Assembly (NCBI RefSeq): GCF_001447785.1 | Contig: NW_015170898.1 | Coordinates: forward strand, 1,144,549-1,208,548 | Source: Gekko japonicus | Lineage: Eukaryota | Length of the DNA: 64,000 nt | Direction: 5' to 3' | In this document: piece by piece, positions 1 to 11,420 of the stretch | Layout: every line of letters begins with the position of its first letter | Position numbering within the stretch: position 1 is the first letter of the stretch | Notes under the pieces: model-generated | Database searches by the model: none | Seen by the model: only the letters and a program-made list of their open reading frames with translations | What the model was told of the DNA's origin: nothing | Made by a program: the position numbers and the translations under genes

Positions 1-86
1 GAGGTATCTGATTAAGTTGAACACTTTTGGTTCGTGACATCCTCACTCTTTTCGGTATAAAATCGAAGCAAGATGAGAATGTATCC

Positions 87-93
87 ACCCTGT
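87..93 (-). promoter_or_regulatory. miR-10 seed match (7mer-m8) in HOXA1 3' UTR
   Basis: Plus-strand accctgt reads ACAGGGT on the mRNA strand. HOXA1 is an established miR-10 target. Confidence 0.55.
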
Positions 94-942
94 TTAAGCT
101 CATAATCTATCTAAACGTTTCTAGAAAATCCATAAAAAGATAAATCTCTTGGACAAAAGTATTTACAACCAACAAACTCATACACACAAGGTGGGGGGGA
201 AAGGAAGCTTTAAATTAGAGGGTGGTAGAATTAGTGTAAACGCTTTCAATAGTGCATCTCTTCATGGACATTTTTTTTTTTTGGTATGCTTTCCACGTCG
301 CTTGTCTTTGCTTCCCTCTAGGTTTTCTTCCGTGGTAACTTTATTCCGGTCTACCAGATTCTTATGATAGTTCCCACAAATGGTTTTAGGATGAATACAG
401 AGACATAAATCCTGATCCATAGGGCTTGAGGTGGAAGAGTAATATTGAATACCGGACGATATCAGTATGATAAATAGAACCTATTAAGGCTAAGACCGTA
501 AACGCAGCGGACACAATCCAGCCGAAGCTAGCAGTAGCTAATCTCCATCAAAACAAACGGGGTTTAAATGAACCAATCCTCTACATGTTTACCCGGGAAC
601 AAAGCCCATCGCAATCAACTTACTTCCTAGGTGCCAACGGTTTTGCTGCATCCCCCATTCCATTCCTTAGGACCGAGGCCTGACTAGCTGTGGCTGGATT
701 GTGTTTCTTAACTTAGAAGTAAATTCCATTGAAACCAAGGGCATTTGCTTCCAGATATATGTGGGGGGTGACTTCTGTTGAGTAAGCTCAGGAGTATGAA
801 ATCCCTGGAAACCAACGGGGAACCTGGTGGGGGAGGGGGATCTGACACATTGTTTAAAAAAGCGATTTTGAACACAATTCAGACAGGGCATGGGGCTGTG
901 TTACGCGTGCCTGAAAGACTGCGACAGACGGAGCAGCAGCGT

Positions 943-1298
943 TCAGTTCGAGGTAGTCAGAGTGTTTGAGGTAGAGGAGGCTGGTGACGGGGTACAGGGG
1001 GATGAGCTGGACTTTTCCGAGGACTCCTCTGTTTTTTCTTCACTTCCGGTCGGGGTGGCCGGGGAGATGGGCAGCAAGCCCTCCTTCTCCCTCTTCTTCT
1101 GCTTCATTCTGCGGTTCTGGAACCAGATCTTGACCTGGGTCTCGTTCAGTTGCAGCGAAGCAGCGATCTCCACCCTGCGGGCCCTGGTCAGGTACTTGTT
1201 GAAGTGGAATTCTTTCTCCAGTTCAGTCAGCTGCTTGGTGGTGAAGTTGGTTCGGACGGTGTTAGGCTGACCGACGTACCCGTACTCGCCAGCTTTGC
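943..1298 (-). CDS. HOXA1: Homeobox A1, coding exon 2 (homeodomain)
   Basis: Acceptor tctgcag|GC. PG1 homeodomain [58 protein letters not shown] at 945-943. Spliced CDS is 1002 nt (333 aa). Confidence 0.98.
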
Positions 1299-1728
1299 CT
1301 GCAGACACGCAAATATGATTCATTAACCAGCAGCAATGATTTGTAGGCAGCATTGATCAATAGGGACACGCGCACAGGTTACAGCGGTCGAGAAAAGCCG
1401 CCGAGACCCTTGCGGCCCAATCATAAACAGGTTTATTCAAATTCATAGCTAGTAAATGCGCAGCATCGAGGATCAAGGCTGGAAACCTCCACTGAGGTTA
1501 AAGGAGAACTGGGAATAGGGGATGTGGCTCAAAGATAAACCCAGAATTTGCACCCAAATATATATTTTTTTAAACCCTCCCCAAAAATGACACCATGACA
1601 TGTTCAGTTCGCCTTCAGGACCCAGAGCAAATCTCTTCTCCTAACGTCTACGCAATCAAGTTGAAGGGCATCTGCCTAGAAGGAAAGAAGATGAAAAACT
1701 TTTCCAAGTCTGGCAGGTGATGACTGAC

Positions 1729-2374
1729 CTGTTTTAGGCGGGTTCCTCTTCACTTTCATCCAGTCAAAGGTCTGGGCTGGAGGGGAGCTCTCCGAAGAAG
1801 GTGAGCCACAGGTCTCCTGGTGGCCGGAGTGCAGAGGGGACAAGGGGTGGCTGTAATTCGTGAGGGGCAAGTTCTGTTGCTCGTCTCCGTAAGAGTGTGG
1901 GAGGTACTGAGCAGAACCCACTGCCCCCCCAGAATAGCTCTGAGGGTGCTGCACGTTACCCGAGTAGAGCGCAGGAGCGCACTGAGGGTAGCCCCCATTA
2001 ATCTCTGCCTCTTGACCGAGGGGGTAATGGCCGTAGCCCCCCGCGCCGAAGTTCTGCGCTCCGTAGCTTGGCCCACAGCTGGGGTGTGAATAGGACATCC
2101 CCAGACTGGGGTGATGCTGGTAAGCACCGGTCTGGTGGTGGGGGTGGTGGGGATGGGGGCTTATCTGGACCCCCCTGCCCACCAGGAAGCGATCGTCCCC
2201 GCTGCAGCTGTTGGCACTGACAGCGCACGACTGGAAAGTGGTTGTAATCCCATGGTCGGGGTGGTGGTGATGGTGGTGGTGGTGGTGGTAGGCACGGGAC
2301 GAGCAAGTGGCGGAGTCGCCGCCGTTGAGGATGGGCGGATAATCGAGGAAGGAGTTCATCCTCGCCGTGTCCAT
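1729..2374 (-). CDS. HOXA1: Homeobox A1, coding exon 1
   Basis: [13 protein letters not shown] start, [11 protein letters not shown] block and labial-type [14 protein letters not shown] hexapeptide. Donor ACAG|gtcagt at 1729/1728. 646 nt, phase 1. Confidence 0.97.
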
Positions 2375-2449
2375 CTATCACCGATTGACCGGCTCTTCGG
2401 AGTCCTGGGTGACCGTGCCAACTTCCCCACTTCCTCCATGGGGGCCAGA

Positions 2450-2560
2450 AGAAAAATGATATGAATGTACAGTGAGGCGGCGGCCACGTGAGGGCGGCAG
2501 CCAATGGCGGCGCCTCCTGCCAGAGTTGCCCTGCTCCTGCATGGTGATGGATCACCCGGG
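2450..2560. promoter_or_regulatory. HOXA1 proximal (probably bidirectional) promoter
   Basis: CACGTG E-box 2485-2490, CCAAT 2501-2505 and Pbx/Hox-type TGATGGAT 2545-2552, in a CpG island directly upstream of the HOXA1 5' UTR. Confidence 0.7.
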
Positions 2561-2599
2561 CTGTGGCATTTAAATTCCGAGCGCTCCTCCATCAAGGTG

Positions 2600-5395
2600 A
2601 CGCCCCCCCGCCCACCTCCCTCCCTCCCTCCCCCCGGTTCTCCTCCCCGTCCCCGTCAGCGCGGTGGGGCTTCAGAGCCCGGCCAGAGAGGCAGTGGGAG
2701 CCCAGGCGCTCAGCCTCCAGCAGCGGCAGCGGCAAGCAGGCAGGCAGGCAGGCACCGAGCCGCCGCCGGAGGGGGCTGCTCTTGCTTGGAAGGACGGCGG
2801 CGACAGCCCTGGCGGAGCAGGTAAGCGGGCGGACTTGGCCAGCTCCGGCTGCGAGGCGGCTTTCTCCAGGGCGCGGGGGGGGAGGGGCAGTGCCGGCAAG
2901 ACCCCCTTTTTGGTGCTTTGACTTGCTCCCCTCTCCCCCCCCCCGGGCTGGTGTGGANNNNNNNNNNNNNNNNNNNNNNNNNNNNNNNNNNNNNNNNNNN
3001 NNNNNNNNNNNNGGAATGCCCTGGAGTGGCGAGAGGGGGCTTCGAGAGACGCCGGAGGGGGGCCTCGCTCCAGAAGCCTCGCCCGGGGTCCGGAGAGGCG
3101 CTTCTGCCTGGCGCCTGGGCACCGGACTCTCCGCCAGAGCCGAGGCAGCCGGGAGAGGCAGCGCTTACAAAGGTTGCGAAGGAAGCTGGCCGAGGTTCGC
3201 TCCAGCCCCTCAGCGAAGCCCGCAGAGCGCCTGTGCAGACTCGCTGGCCTCTCCCTCCCCTTCGCCGTCTCTCCTCCTCCCTCCCTCCCTTGCAACCTTT
3301 GCTTGTTTCAGCGGCCTCTTCCCCACCACCCCTCCCTCTCCCCCACACGGATCCACACTGTTTAAAAACAGGAGATCTAGGGGGGTGTTCTTCCAACCAC
3401 CAGCACTGGACGCCATGCCCAGTGGCTAGGGGGCGGAGCCTGAGCGGTGGGGCGAGGGGTCCACGGCGCGCTGATCGGTCAATGGGGTGCTGCTCTCGTT
3501 CCCAGCCACGGGGTGGGGGGAGGGGGAGTGAGTGAGATCCACGGCGGGTGGTGGAAGCCGCTTCCTCTCGTTTCTCGTGACTCCTCCAGGATCTTTTGTC
3601 CCAGGATATAAACCCCGGTTCTCATCCCTTGCCCGCCCCAGAGGGTCTCACCGCATCTCACTGGCCATAGAAACGGAGCATCAGGATCTGGCTTACAGGG
3701 CAGCCCGCAGATAACTTGGCAATTGGACAGGTGCTTAAATCTGTATAGGAAAACGAGGCTGGCAGAGAAGATAAACTGCACAGTACTGGGCATAAAACAG
3801 AAAAGACAAGAATAAGGAATGTGAACTTTGTCTTAAGGTGACTGAACTTCGTGTGTACTTAGGCTGATTTCCACTTTCCCCTATCGGGCATTATTACCTC
3901 CATGAAAGATTACATCCATGCCTGTTCTTTTTGCATGATCTCAGTAGATCGATAAACGAAGCCCATACTGTACAATTATGCTTTAAAGTAGACTTTTAGT
4001 TTCATTAATTCCTAAAATGCCACCAATTCGGATCAGGCTGCCTACTGAGTTGCTTTCAACTTCCAAGGCCCTCTTTTACTATCAAAGCGTCAACAGCCAC
4101 AATCCAGTCAGTTAAGCATTAAAACTGCAATTCTATGAGCGCTAATTGGGTAAAAATCCCCACTGAATCCCCTATAGAATTCATCTAACCCAATGGGACT
4201 TGGAAAGAAAGTTAGCTTGGACTGGGTCCTGTACATTCCCTCTTAGCTGCCTGTTCCTTATATTTCTACGTTTTGGTAGGAGTAAGGGGGAGTCATAAGA
4301 AATATGTTACCACTGACCAAGTCCATGTTGATATCCATGCACGACTATTTGGGCCTAAATGCCATAGATATTCACCGCAAAACCAACAGCTTGAGTACAA
4401 GATGCTAAAGTACTGGTTATACTGCTAAAACCCACGTATATAGAGAGGCTTAATGTTTCTCTAGCACTATTCCAGACGAATGGTTGGTGTTGGGTACGAA
4501 AATATCATATAAATATAGTTAAGAGATATCCCTTGGGTTTATCAACCAGAAAAAAGTTAAATGAACGTCGGTCTAGATGATCATCCATCCCTCCCTTTCT
4601 TGCAAAAATCCACTCTTCCAGGATTGCCTTCGCTCCTTTCTTAAATGTTTTCCTCCGTTTCTCCGCCATTGTTCTGCCCCTTTTGTTACATGGCCCCCCT
4701 TTTGTTATATTGCCTCTTGCCCAATGCTTCGCATTCTGAGGCCAACACAGTCTCTCCGCTTTCTAGAATACGAAGAATTTCTAGAATTGGGTGGGGGGCA
4801 AGGACGGGGGGGGGGCAGAGATCGAAATGTTGCCTCTGATTTGCAGCCACCCAAAGTTTTCGTCCACCCGCACAGACTCCGAAAACCTCCCGCCCTGCCT
4901 GGCGTTTCCAAAACAGGCCTGCTGCTCGTTTCCCCCCTCCCCCACCCTCCACCCTCTAGCCGCCTTTGTTGTATCGGTTCATCTCGGTTTCTTTTCTGAA
5001 CCTGGAGAAACCACTGATGTAACCCCCTACCCCGTCACAGAACGTAAGGGAAATCCCAAAAAATTGTTAGAATTTTTGCTGTTGAAAGACAAGAAAATTC
5101 TTCCGCTTGTTTCCATATCGAGGGGAAATCGACTGGGGAAGGGTGCGGGGTGAAGGGTTGGTATCTCGTTCTTCGAATACAAGCAGCCCACTCTGGAAAC
5201 GAAAAAGTGCTAAAAAAAAAAAAATGCCCTCTCCTCGGTGCAACTCTGCATCCAGCTTGAAAGCAGGCAAAGCCTCGAGGGGAGGGGGGGCGGGCTGGCG
5301 GGGGAGAGAACAGGCCCGGGATTCCCTGCCGCACCTGAAACCTAGCCAAGCTGTTGTTTTAACAGAGCAATAAAAATGAATTATGACTAACCGCC
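2600..5395 (+). ncRNA. HOTAIRM1-like antisense lncRNA (predicted; boundaries approximate)
   Basis: Position between HOXA1 and HOXA2, divergent from the HOXA1 promoter. Strong donor CAG|gtaagc at 2820/2821, candidate acceptor tctgatttgcag| at 4846/4847, and AATAAA at 5369-5374. Confidence 0.5.
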
Positions 5396-7123
5396 TTCTA
5401 GTTAATGGTTTTAGACGGGGATCCCCAGCCCCAGCAAATACGTAAGAGGGTTTTTATTTGTGCATGTGTTCCTGCAATTGATCTCTTTGATGACATTCTC
5501 ATTCACAGAAAGCGTTTGATTTATGGGTTTAGGGAGAATTGCATCCAATCCTTCCAGCCCACGCAGCCCATGCATCCAACCCACGCAGCTCCGCGCCGCC
5601 CCACTTAGATGGGGCGCAAAACAGGGAAGCCAGCCACGATCAAAATAAACGCGCTGGAAGGAGGGAGACGGGTGCGGGCAAAGCCCTGGCCGAGGCTCTC
5701 CCCTTCCTCGCCCGCTCGTCCTATCGAGACACGCCGGCAGACCGACAGGCGCGAGGGAAATGTTGCCTGCTGGCGCCCGCAGTCCACAGAGGGGTTGAGG
5801 CGCACAAAGCAAACCTCATGTGGACCCTGCTGGTCGTCTGAAAGCGGGTGCCAGAACCTGCACATACACAACACACACTACAGAGCCCCAGTTAGTGGCC
5901 GCGAACTCTCGGCTGTTGCTTCAGTTGGGTTCCTTCAGGGGACTCCCTTGCCGTGGTCTCCTGAAAGGTGCACTTGCTAGCCTACTTTCTCCCTTCTCCG
6001 TCCTTAAGTCCCCTTTCCTACAACCACCAGCTTTCGTTCTCTAACCCTTTTGCGAGAAACTGGTGATTGAAATCTGTATATATATATTTTCGTGCATTGT
6101 TACGGATAATAATAATAATACCCTTTTCTGATTTCCTCTCTCTTAGGTTTCTTTTTTCTGGATCTTTGGACATCTGGGAAATCTTTGTGGGCATTTAAAT
6201 GCTGGTTCCCTCCTGGCACCTTCCCTCCCTCCAGAGACACGGTTCGCAAAAGGAATAGATAGAAGCTTTCAATAATGGGAAAAGACATGTGCGCATTAAA
6301 TTGTTGACTGTTTGGCGTAGCCTGTAGATGCAAGCGCCTGAAACTTGCAAGGCAGACTAGACGGCTTCTCGCCAAACATTAGTAAAAACACAGAATCCAC
6401 ACGAATGCACAAGCGCATAGGTTACAGGCTATAAACATCTTAACTTGTCCCTGCATCGTAGATTCTAATGTGTAAGGTTGAGGGGGTGGGCCTTTGGGGG
6501 CATTTTTGTTTTTCTGTTTGATCGCTGAGAACTTTGGAAATAAAATATTTGCAGGTGCTGACCCCAGAATAAATATATTGCTAACGAAAAAGGACAGAGC
6601 TTGTGACCGAATTGTTTGGTTTTATTGTGGAATTTAGACTACTGGGAGGGGGAGAAAATCCCTTGTGCATAAAGAGAGAGAGAGGAGAGAAGTGCTTGTA
6701 GCAAACAAGAATTTATTCTACCAAAAATACTTATGACAACGCATCCTAATGTCATACAAAAATAAAAAGAAAGTGAAGAGAGAGTTCAATACGATCACTT
6801 TCTTGCAGGCCTTATATATTGCTTTCACAGGAGGACCTAGAATGTGGCTAGGTTATACTGAACACAACTAAACAAAAACCAAAAAAAAGAGAGGAAGGCA
6901 TAGAAAAACGGCAAAAAAATGGCTCTCCAACACATTATATATCAAAAAGGGAAGGAATGAAAAAGAAAATACTGACCAGGAAAGGGAAAGATATTAAATC
7001 GAACCATCTTTTCCCTCCCTCTTTTTCCCTCCCCCCTCCAAAAAGAGAGAGAGAGAGAGAGAGAGAGAAAGGGAAAGGAAAGAAAGATAGCATAACCCTT
7101 GGCGAGCGCTGGTCTGTCCATTC

Positions 7124-7893
7124 TCAGTAATTCAGATGCTGCAAGTCAATTGTGGTGAGTGTATCTGTAAAAAAGTCAAAGCTGTCAGCTGAAATATCTA
7201 CAGGACTGTCGAGGGATCCTGGCAGGCTGGGGGAGACGGCATCCGAGAGCTGTAGGCAGGAATCCGCGGAGAAAACGCTGAAGTCCTGCAAAGAAGGGAC
7301 GTCCAGGGCCTCCGGGCTGTCATTGTTCAGGCCGGCCGCACAGTTCTGGGCCATTGTTGACAGGCAGTTGGGAACAGTGGGTGACTGGTGCTGAAAATGT
7401 TTCAGATTTTTCTCATTGCTGGTTAAAGGCGAAACTGGGAAACTTTGGGAGTCTCCATTGTGGACAGACGGAACCTGCTGCTGTGCCAGGGCGTTCTGTT
7501 GAAAAGTGTAGCCTTCCCTTTCCAGAAGGGCGCCGGAGACATTGTTGAGGGCTTGCTCGAAGAGGGATTTCTCCTCCTCCTCCTCTTCCTCCTCCTCCTC
7601 CTCCTCGTCTTCTTCGGCTTTCTCCGAGTCCTCTAAGCCTTTGAATTTCCCGTCCACGTTCTGGTTCTCCTTGCATTGGGTCTGTCTCTTGTGCTTCATC
7701 CGTCGGTTTTGAAACCAGACTTTGACTTGCCTCTCCGTCAGATCCAGGAGGGCGGCTATCTCCACCCTCCTAGGTCTGCAGAGGTACTTGTTGAAATGAA
7801 ATTCCTTTTCCAGCTCCAAAAGCTGCGTGTTAGTGTAAGCAGTCCTCAGCCTCCTAGAACCACCGTTACCATTATCGGGGATTTCAAGCGATT
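7124..7893 (-). CDS. HOXA2: Homeobox A2, coding exon 2 (homeodomain)
   Basis: Acceptor aacacag|AA. Homeodomain [57 protein letters not shown] and C-terminus [16 protein letters not shown]. Spliced CDS is 1149 nt (382 aa). Confidence 0.98.
7140..7570. promoter_or_regulatory. Exonic Hoxa2 rhombomere-2 enhancer (Sox ACAAT motifs)
   Basis: Five ACAAT motifs on the minus strand (7149, 7322, 7353, 7457, 7541) within coding exon 2, where the amniote r2 enhancer is known to lie. Confidence 0.55.
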
Positions 7894-8224
7894 CTGTGTT
7901 TAAAAAAAACAAAAAAAACCCCAATAATAACAACGACAATCATGCAGACACCCAAGAGAGAAATCTGATAGTTGGAGATTTTAAATCTCCAGACATGTTG
8001 AGGAAGGGGTGGTAGGAGAGAAGGGGGGGGGGACACGACTCAAAACCCTCTGGCTTTCTCTGCAAAGCATAAAAATCTCAACTGCAACAAAATGGCCGCC
8101 CTTGAATGCAGTAAATCCATTGTTTTGCACTCTGGTGCACCGGGTCCCTTGGACCCCCTTTCTCCTGAGCTCAAGGCAACGCTTTGCCTCCATCTCCCAA
8201 CCTAGAGCCATCCCCGAGCAAACT

Positions 8225-8375
8225 TTGATATTAGCCATACAACAATTTATAATTAATGCATCAGCTGCTTAGCTGAGCAAGAGCAATCTATCACTCTTCA
8301 TTACTGTCAAATATCCCAACTCTAGGACAGGGAGACAAGAGGAGGTCACCTCCAACTCAAATAAATCATCCAACG
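8225..8375. promoter_or_regulatory. Hoxa2 intronic rhombomere-4 enhancer
   Basis: Pbx/Hox-type sites TGATGCATTA (~8254-8263), TGATAGATTG (8284-8293) and TGATTTATTT (8359-8368), plus Prep/Meis TGACAG (8304-8309), all on the minus strand. Confidence 0.7.
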
Positions 8376-8594
8376 CTAAACAAGTTAGGGGGAAGAAACT
8401 TTGCTGGGGGGCGGGTTGGGGGGGCTATTCTGATTTCTCTGGCTGTGGATCCCACCAGTTTGCTCTCTGGCTCTTCCTCCAGAAACCCTGTTCGAATCGC
8501 TTAAGTTAGGAAGGCAAGGACCGGGGCGGCTGGGGGGGGGGGGAATAGGGAGCCCCGCAGAAGGCGGAATGTGCGGCAAAGTCTTTCAACTGAC

Positions 8595-8973
8595 CTTTGT
8601 GGCTCAGGCAAGCTGGTCCCGTGGCGGAGGCCGAAGACGGCGGCGGCAGGGCGGATTTCTTGGAGGCTTTTTTCTCCTTCATCCAGGGGTACTCCGGAGG
8701 CTGGAGGGCGCCGGATGGCACGGGGCTGCCGCTGCTGCCATTGGGGCTGTGCTTGGGGCGGCCGCTGCTGCTGTGGCGAGGGTGGTTGCCTGGGTTCAGA
8801 CTGGGGATGGTCTGCTCAAAAGGAGGAGGAATCAGTGTCGAGTGTGAAAGCGTCGAGTTCTTGATTGATGAACTTTGAAATGTATCACCGACAGGGGGAA
8901 AAGATGTCAGGCACTCAGCGAGCGATGGCTGGCTATTGATAAAACCAATCTCTCGCTCAAATTCGAAATTCAT
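8595..8973 (-). CDS. HOXA2: Homeobox A2, coding exon 1
   Basis: [38 protein letters not shown] and EYPWMKEKK. Donor AAAG|gtcagt at 8595/8594. 379 nt, phase 1. Confidence 0.97.
8862..8871 (+). promoter_or_regulatory. Exonic Hox-Pbx response element in HOXA2 exon 1
   Basis: TGATTGATGA inside the SSSIK codons, matching the known coding-sequence r4 element. Confidence 0.65.
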
Positions 8974-10994
8974 GGCCTTCAACTCGCAGCCCCCTTGGAG
9001 AAAAAGTTCCCTCTTATTTAGCGCTTCTGGGAGGGGGAGGGGGGAGCAAGGCCCAGGAAGGGGGGGGGGACGAGAGAGGGAGAGAAAGGAAGAGGGAGAG
9101 AGAGAGAGAGAAAAGGGGAAAAAATATCATAGAAAATGGCNNNNNNNNNNNNNNNNNNNNNNNNNNNNNNNNNNNNNNNNNNNNNNNNNNNNNNNNNNNN
9201 NNNNNNNNNNNNNNNNNNNNNNNNNNNNNNNNNNNNNNNNNNNNNNNNNNNNNNNNNNNNNNNNNNNNNNNNNNNNNNNNNNNNNNNNNNNNNNNNNNNN
9301 NNNNNNNNNNNNNNNNNNNNNNNNNNNNNNNNNNNNNNNNNNNNCATTGGGGGCCAGAAAGCCATTATTTACACTTTGTAAAAAGGGGGGGAGGCGGCTA
9401 TTTGCCCAGTTCTCTCTCTCTCTCTCTCTCTCTCCCCTTTCGCCTCCTAATCTGGACGGATATCTGGGTGCGAGTGTGTGTTTGTGGTTGCCTGGTGGTA
9501 GTTGTGTGCTGCTGCTGCTGCTGCTGCCGCTGGCGGAGAAGTGCTGGGCTCCTCCATCCGGTGGGCTCCTTCCTGCCCCTTCTCTTCCCGCACGCTCCTC
9601 TCTCATTGTTTGGGACTGTCAGGCAAGCGCTTTGCACCTCACAAATCATTTAAGCGCCTCAATCCGACGCCTGGAGTCATTAACAAAGTAATCCATTAAT
9701 CTTCAAAGTTTTGTCACTACCGGCCCCCACATCTCAGGCACACTGGAAGTTGCACCCGGTCAGCGACGCCAAACACTTCCTTAGGTTCGGTTTTAACCCC
9801 CCCCCCCCTTTCAGGAATAACCACTTCCTTAAAAACATGGAGGTGGGGTTCTTCCCCCACCCCCCCTTTTACTTGCTCCCAACCTGGGATCTGTACGCCA
9901 TCCTCCCCCCCAACTGGGTGTACAGTACGGAAAACAATTGACCGCCGGTCCCCGAATCCATCTATTGTGTCGAAGGAATTTCTTTCACAGCCCTTTTGGC
10001 TCCTATGGGAAGGGCAACAGAACGCAGCCGGGTGGCTCGCGACTTTCCCCGGCAGTCGGCTCGACAGTGGTGGACGATCAAAAGAGATGTTTCCACTCCA
10101 CCCGGGGACTGTAAATAGGGGTTCCAGGAAAGGGGAAGAAGGAGATCACAAAACAACATCTAAAGCATTAACTATATCACTGGAATCTGCTGACACATTG
10201 TGTTTAAGTAGCCTCAGAAAAGCTGGTCAGGGTATTTTCGATACCAATGAAATATTTCAGAAGTCAGTGCTGTAAACGGCTGAAAGCCGACGAACCCCTT
10301 TTGTTCCACCCACCTTGTTAGGGGCACACGACACCCCCCCCTCCCATTTGCTGGTTTAACCTGCCGATGGTTTGGGGAAGAATACCTTTACAATAGCCGC
10401 CAAAGAAAAAGGTAAGGAGAGGAAGGCGGAGAGACTTGGAGGCGAGGAAAAGAATCATAAGAAGGAGATGGAAACCAGACAGATTTCCTCTTCTCCAAGG
10501 CAGAGGCCAAGAGTCCTGTTATTTGGGGAGAGAGCATTCTGAAAGGGGGGGGGGAAGAGAGAAAGGAAACCGGGTCGCTCTATTTTTATATTTATGTATT
10601 CCAATGAAGCCAAAAGTGCATCCGTTACCTTTTAGTCTATTTAGACTGCCGAGATGAATCGTGAGAATGGCTGGCAAGTGGTTAAAATAATAAACTGGTC
10701 ATTATACCACTAGCTTAAGTGAAACTGACCAAAAAAAAAAAAAAAGCAGCCATCATTTTAGTTTTAAGCAAATAACACCCCCTTATAGGGATCACAGGTG
10801 GGGGAGGGGCTGGGATCATGTAATATTTGTAACCTAAAATGTAGAAGAGGTGGCGGTGGTGGTTATTTAATTCTTCTTTGAGAGCTGGGGGGGGGGGGAG
10901 GGGAGGAAGGAAGGATGCCTTACAAATATACATGCTGTTGGAGATGTTAGGGGTTTTTTTTAATTTTCTTGCTTTTACTCCAAACAAAGCTCCG

Positions 10995-11420
10995 CTAAAG
11001 GCTGCGCGCGATCAATCTTCCCGGCCAAACGCTTTGACAGCTTCTGGCCCTTAAGAACACATTTCAGGCTTCTTGCTCTTTCCTGCCTCAAATGTGGCTG
11101 AGAAAAGAAGTGGAGAAAGAGCAAGAAACGCAAGTAAACAAGGGCTGTTTCTTCTTTTCCTCCTCCCCAAAAGGGGTTTTAATATTGAGGATGGGGACCT
11201 CAGCTCTCTTGGATGGCCCTAAAACAGCGACCATCCTAGATTTTTCTCCCTTCCTTTTTTCCACCTCTCTCCCTGCCTAGAATATGAGGGTTGAAAGTGA
11301 AATGGACTAGGGGGCGGGGGAGGTAACCCAAAAGGGGGGGGTTCCTTGGGTTCAGTTCAGAAAGCCTTTGTGAGTCAAATCCGTGTGGGAGGGTTATTCC
11401 GAGCATTTTGTGGTGGGCTG
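10995..11420. promoter_or_regulatory. Hoxa2 upstream r3/r5 and neural crest enhancer
   Basis: Pbx/Hox AGATTGATCG (11009-11018, minus), Meis TGACAG (11035-11040), block AAATGTGTTCTTAAGGGC (minus), BoxA/Sox-like ACAAAG (11366-11371, minus) and Krox20-like GTGTGGGAG (11383-11391). About 2-2.4 kb upstream of the ATG. Confidence 0.65.

Noticed and set aside
2504-3535. Long ORFs on both strands upstream of HOXA1
   Set aside because: GC-rich CpG-island sequence spanning an N-gap, with low complexity and no recognisable domain.
8965-8973. MNFEFERE start suggesting HOXB2
   Set aside because: The rest of the protein ([26 protein letters not shown]) and the neighbouring genes are HoxA-type. F at this position is recalled in non-mammalian HOXA2.
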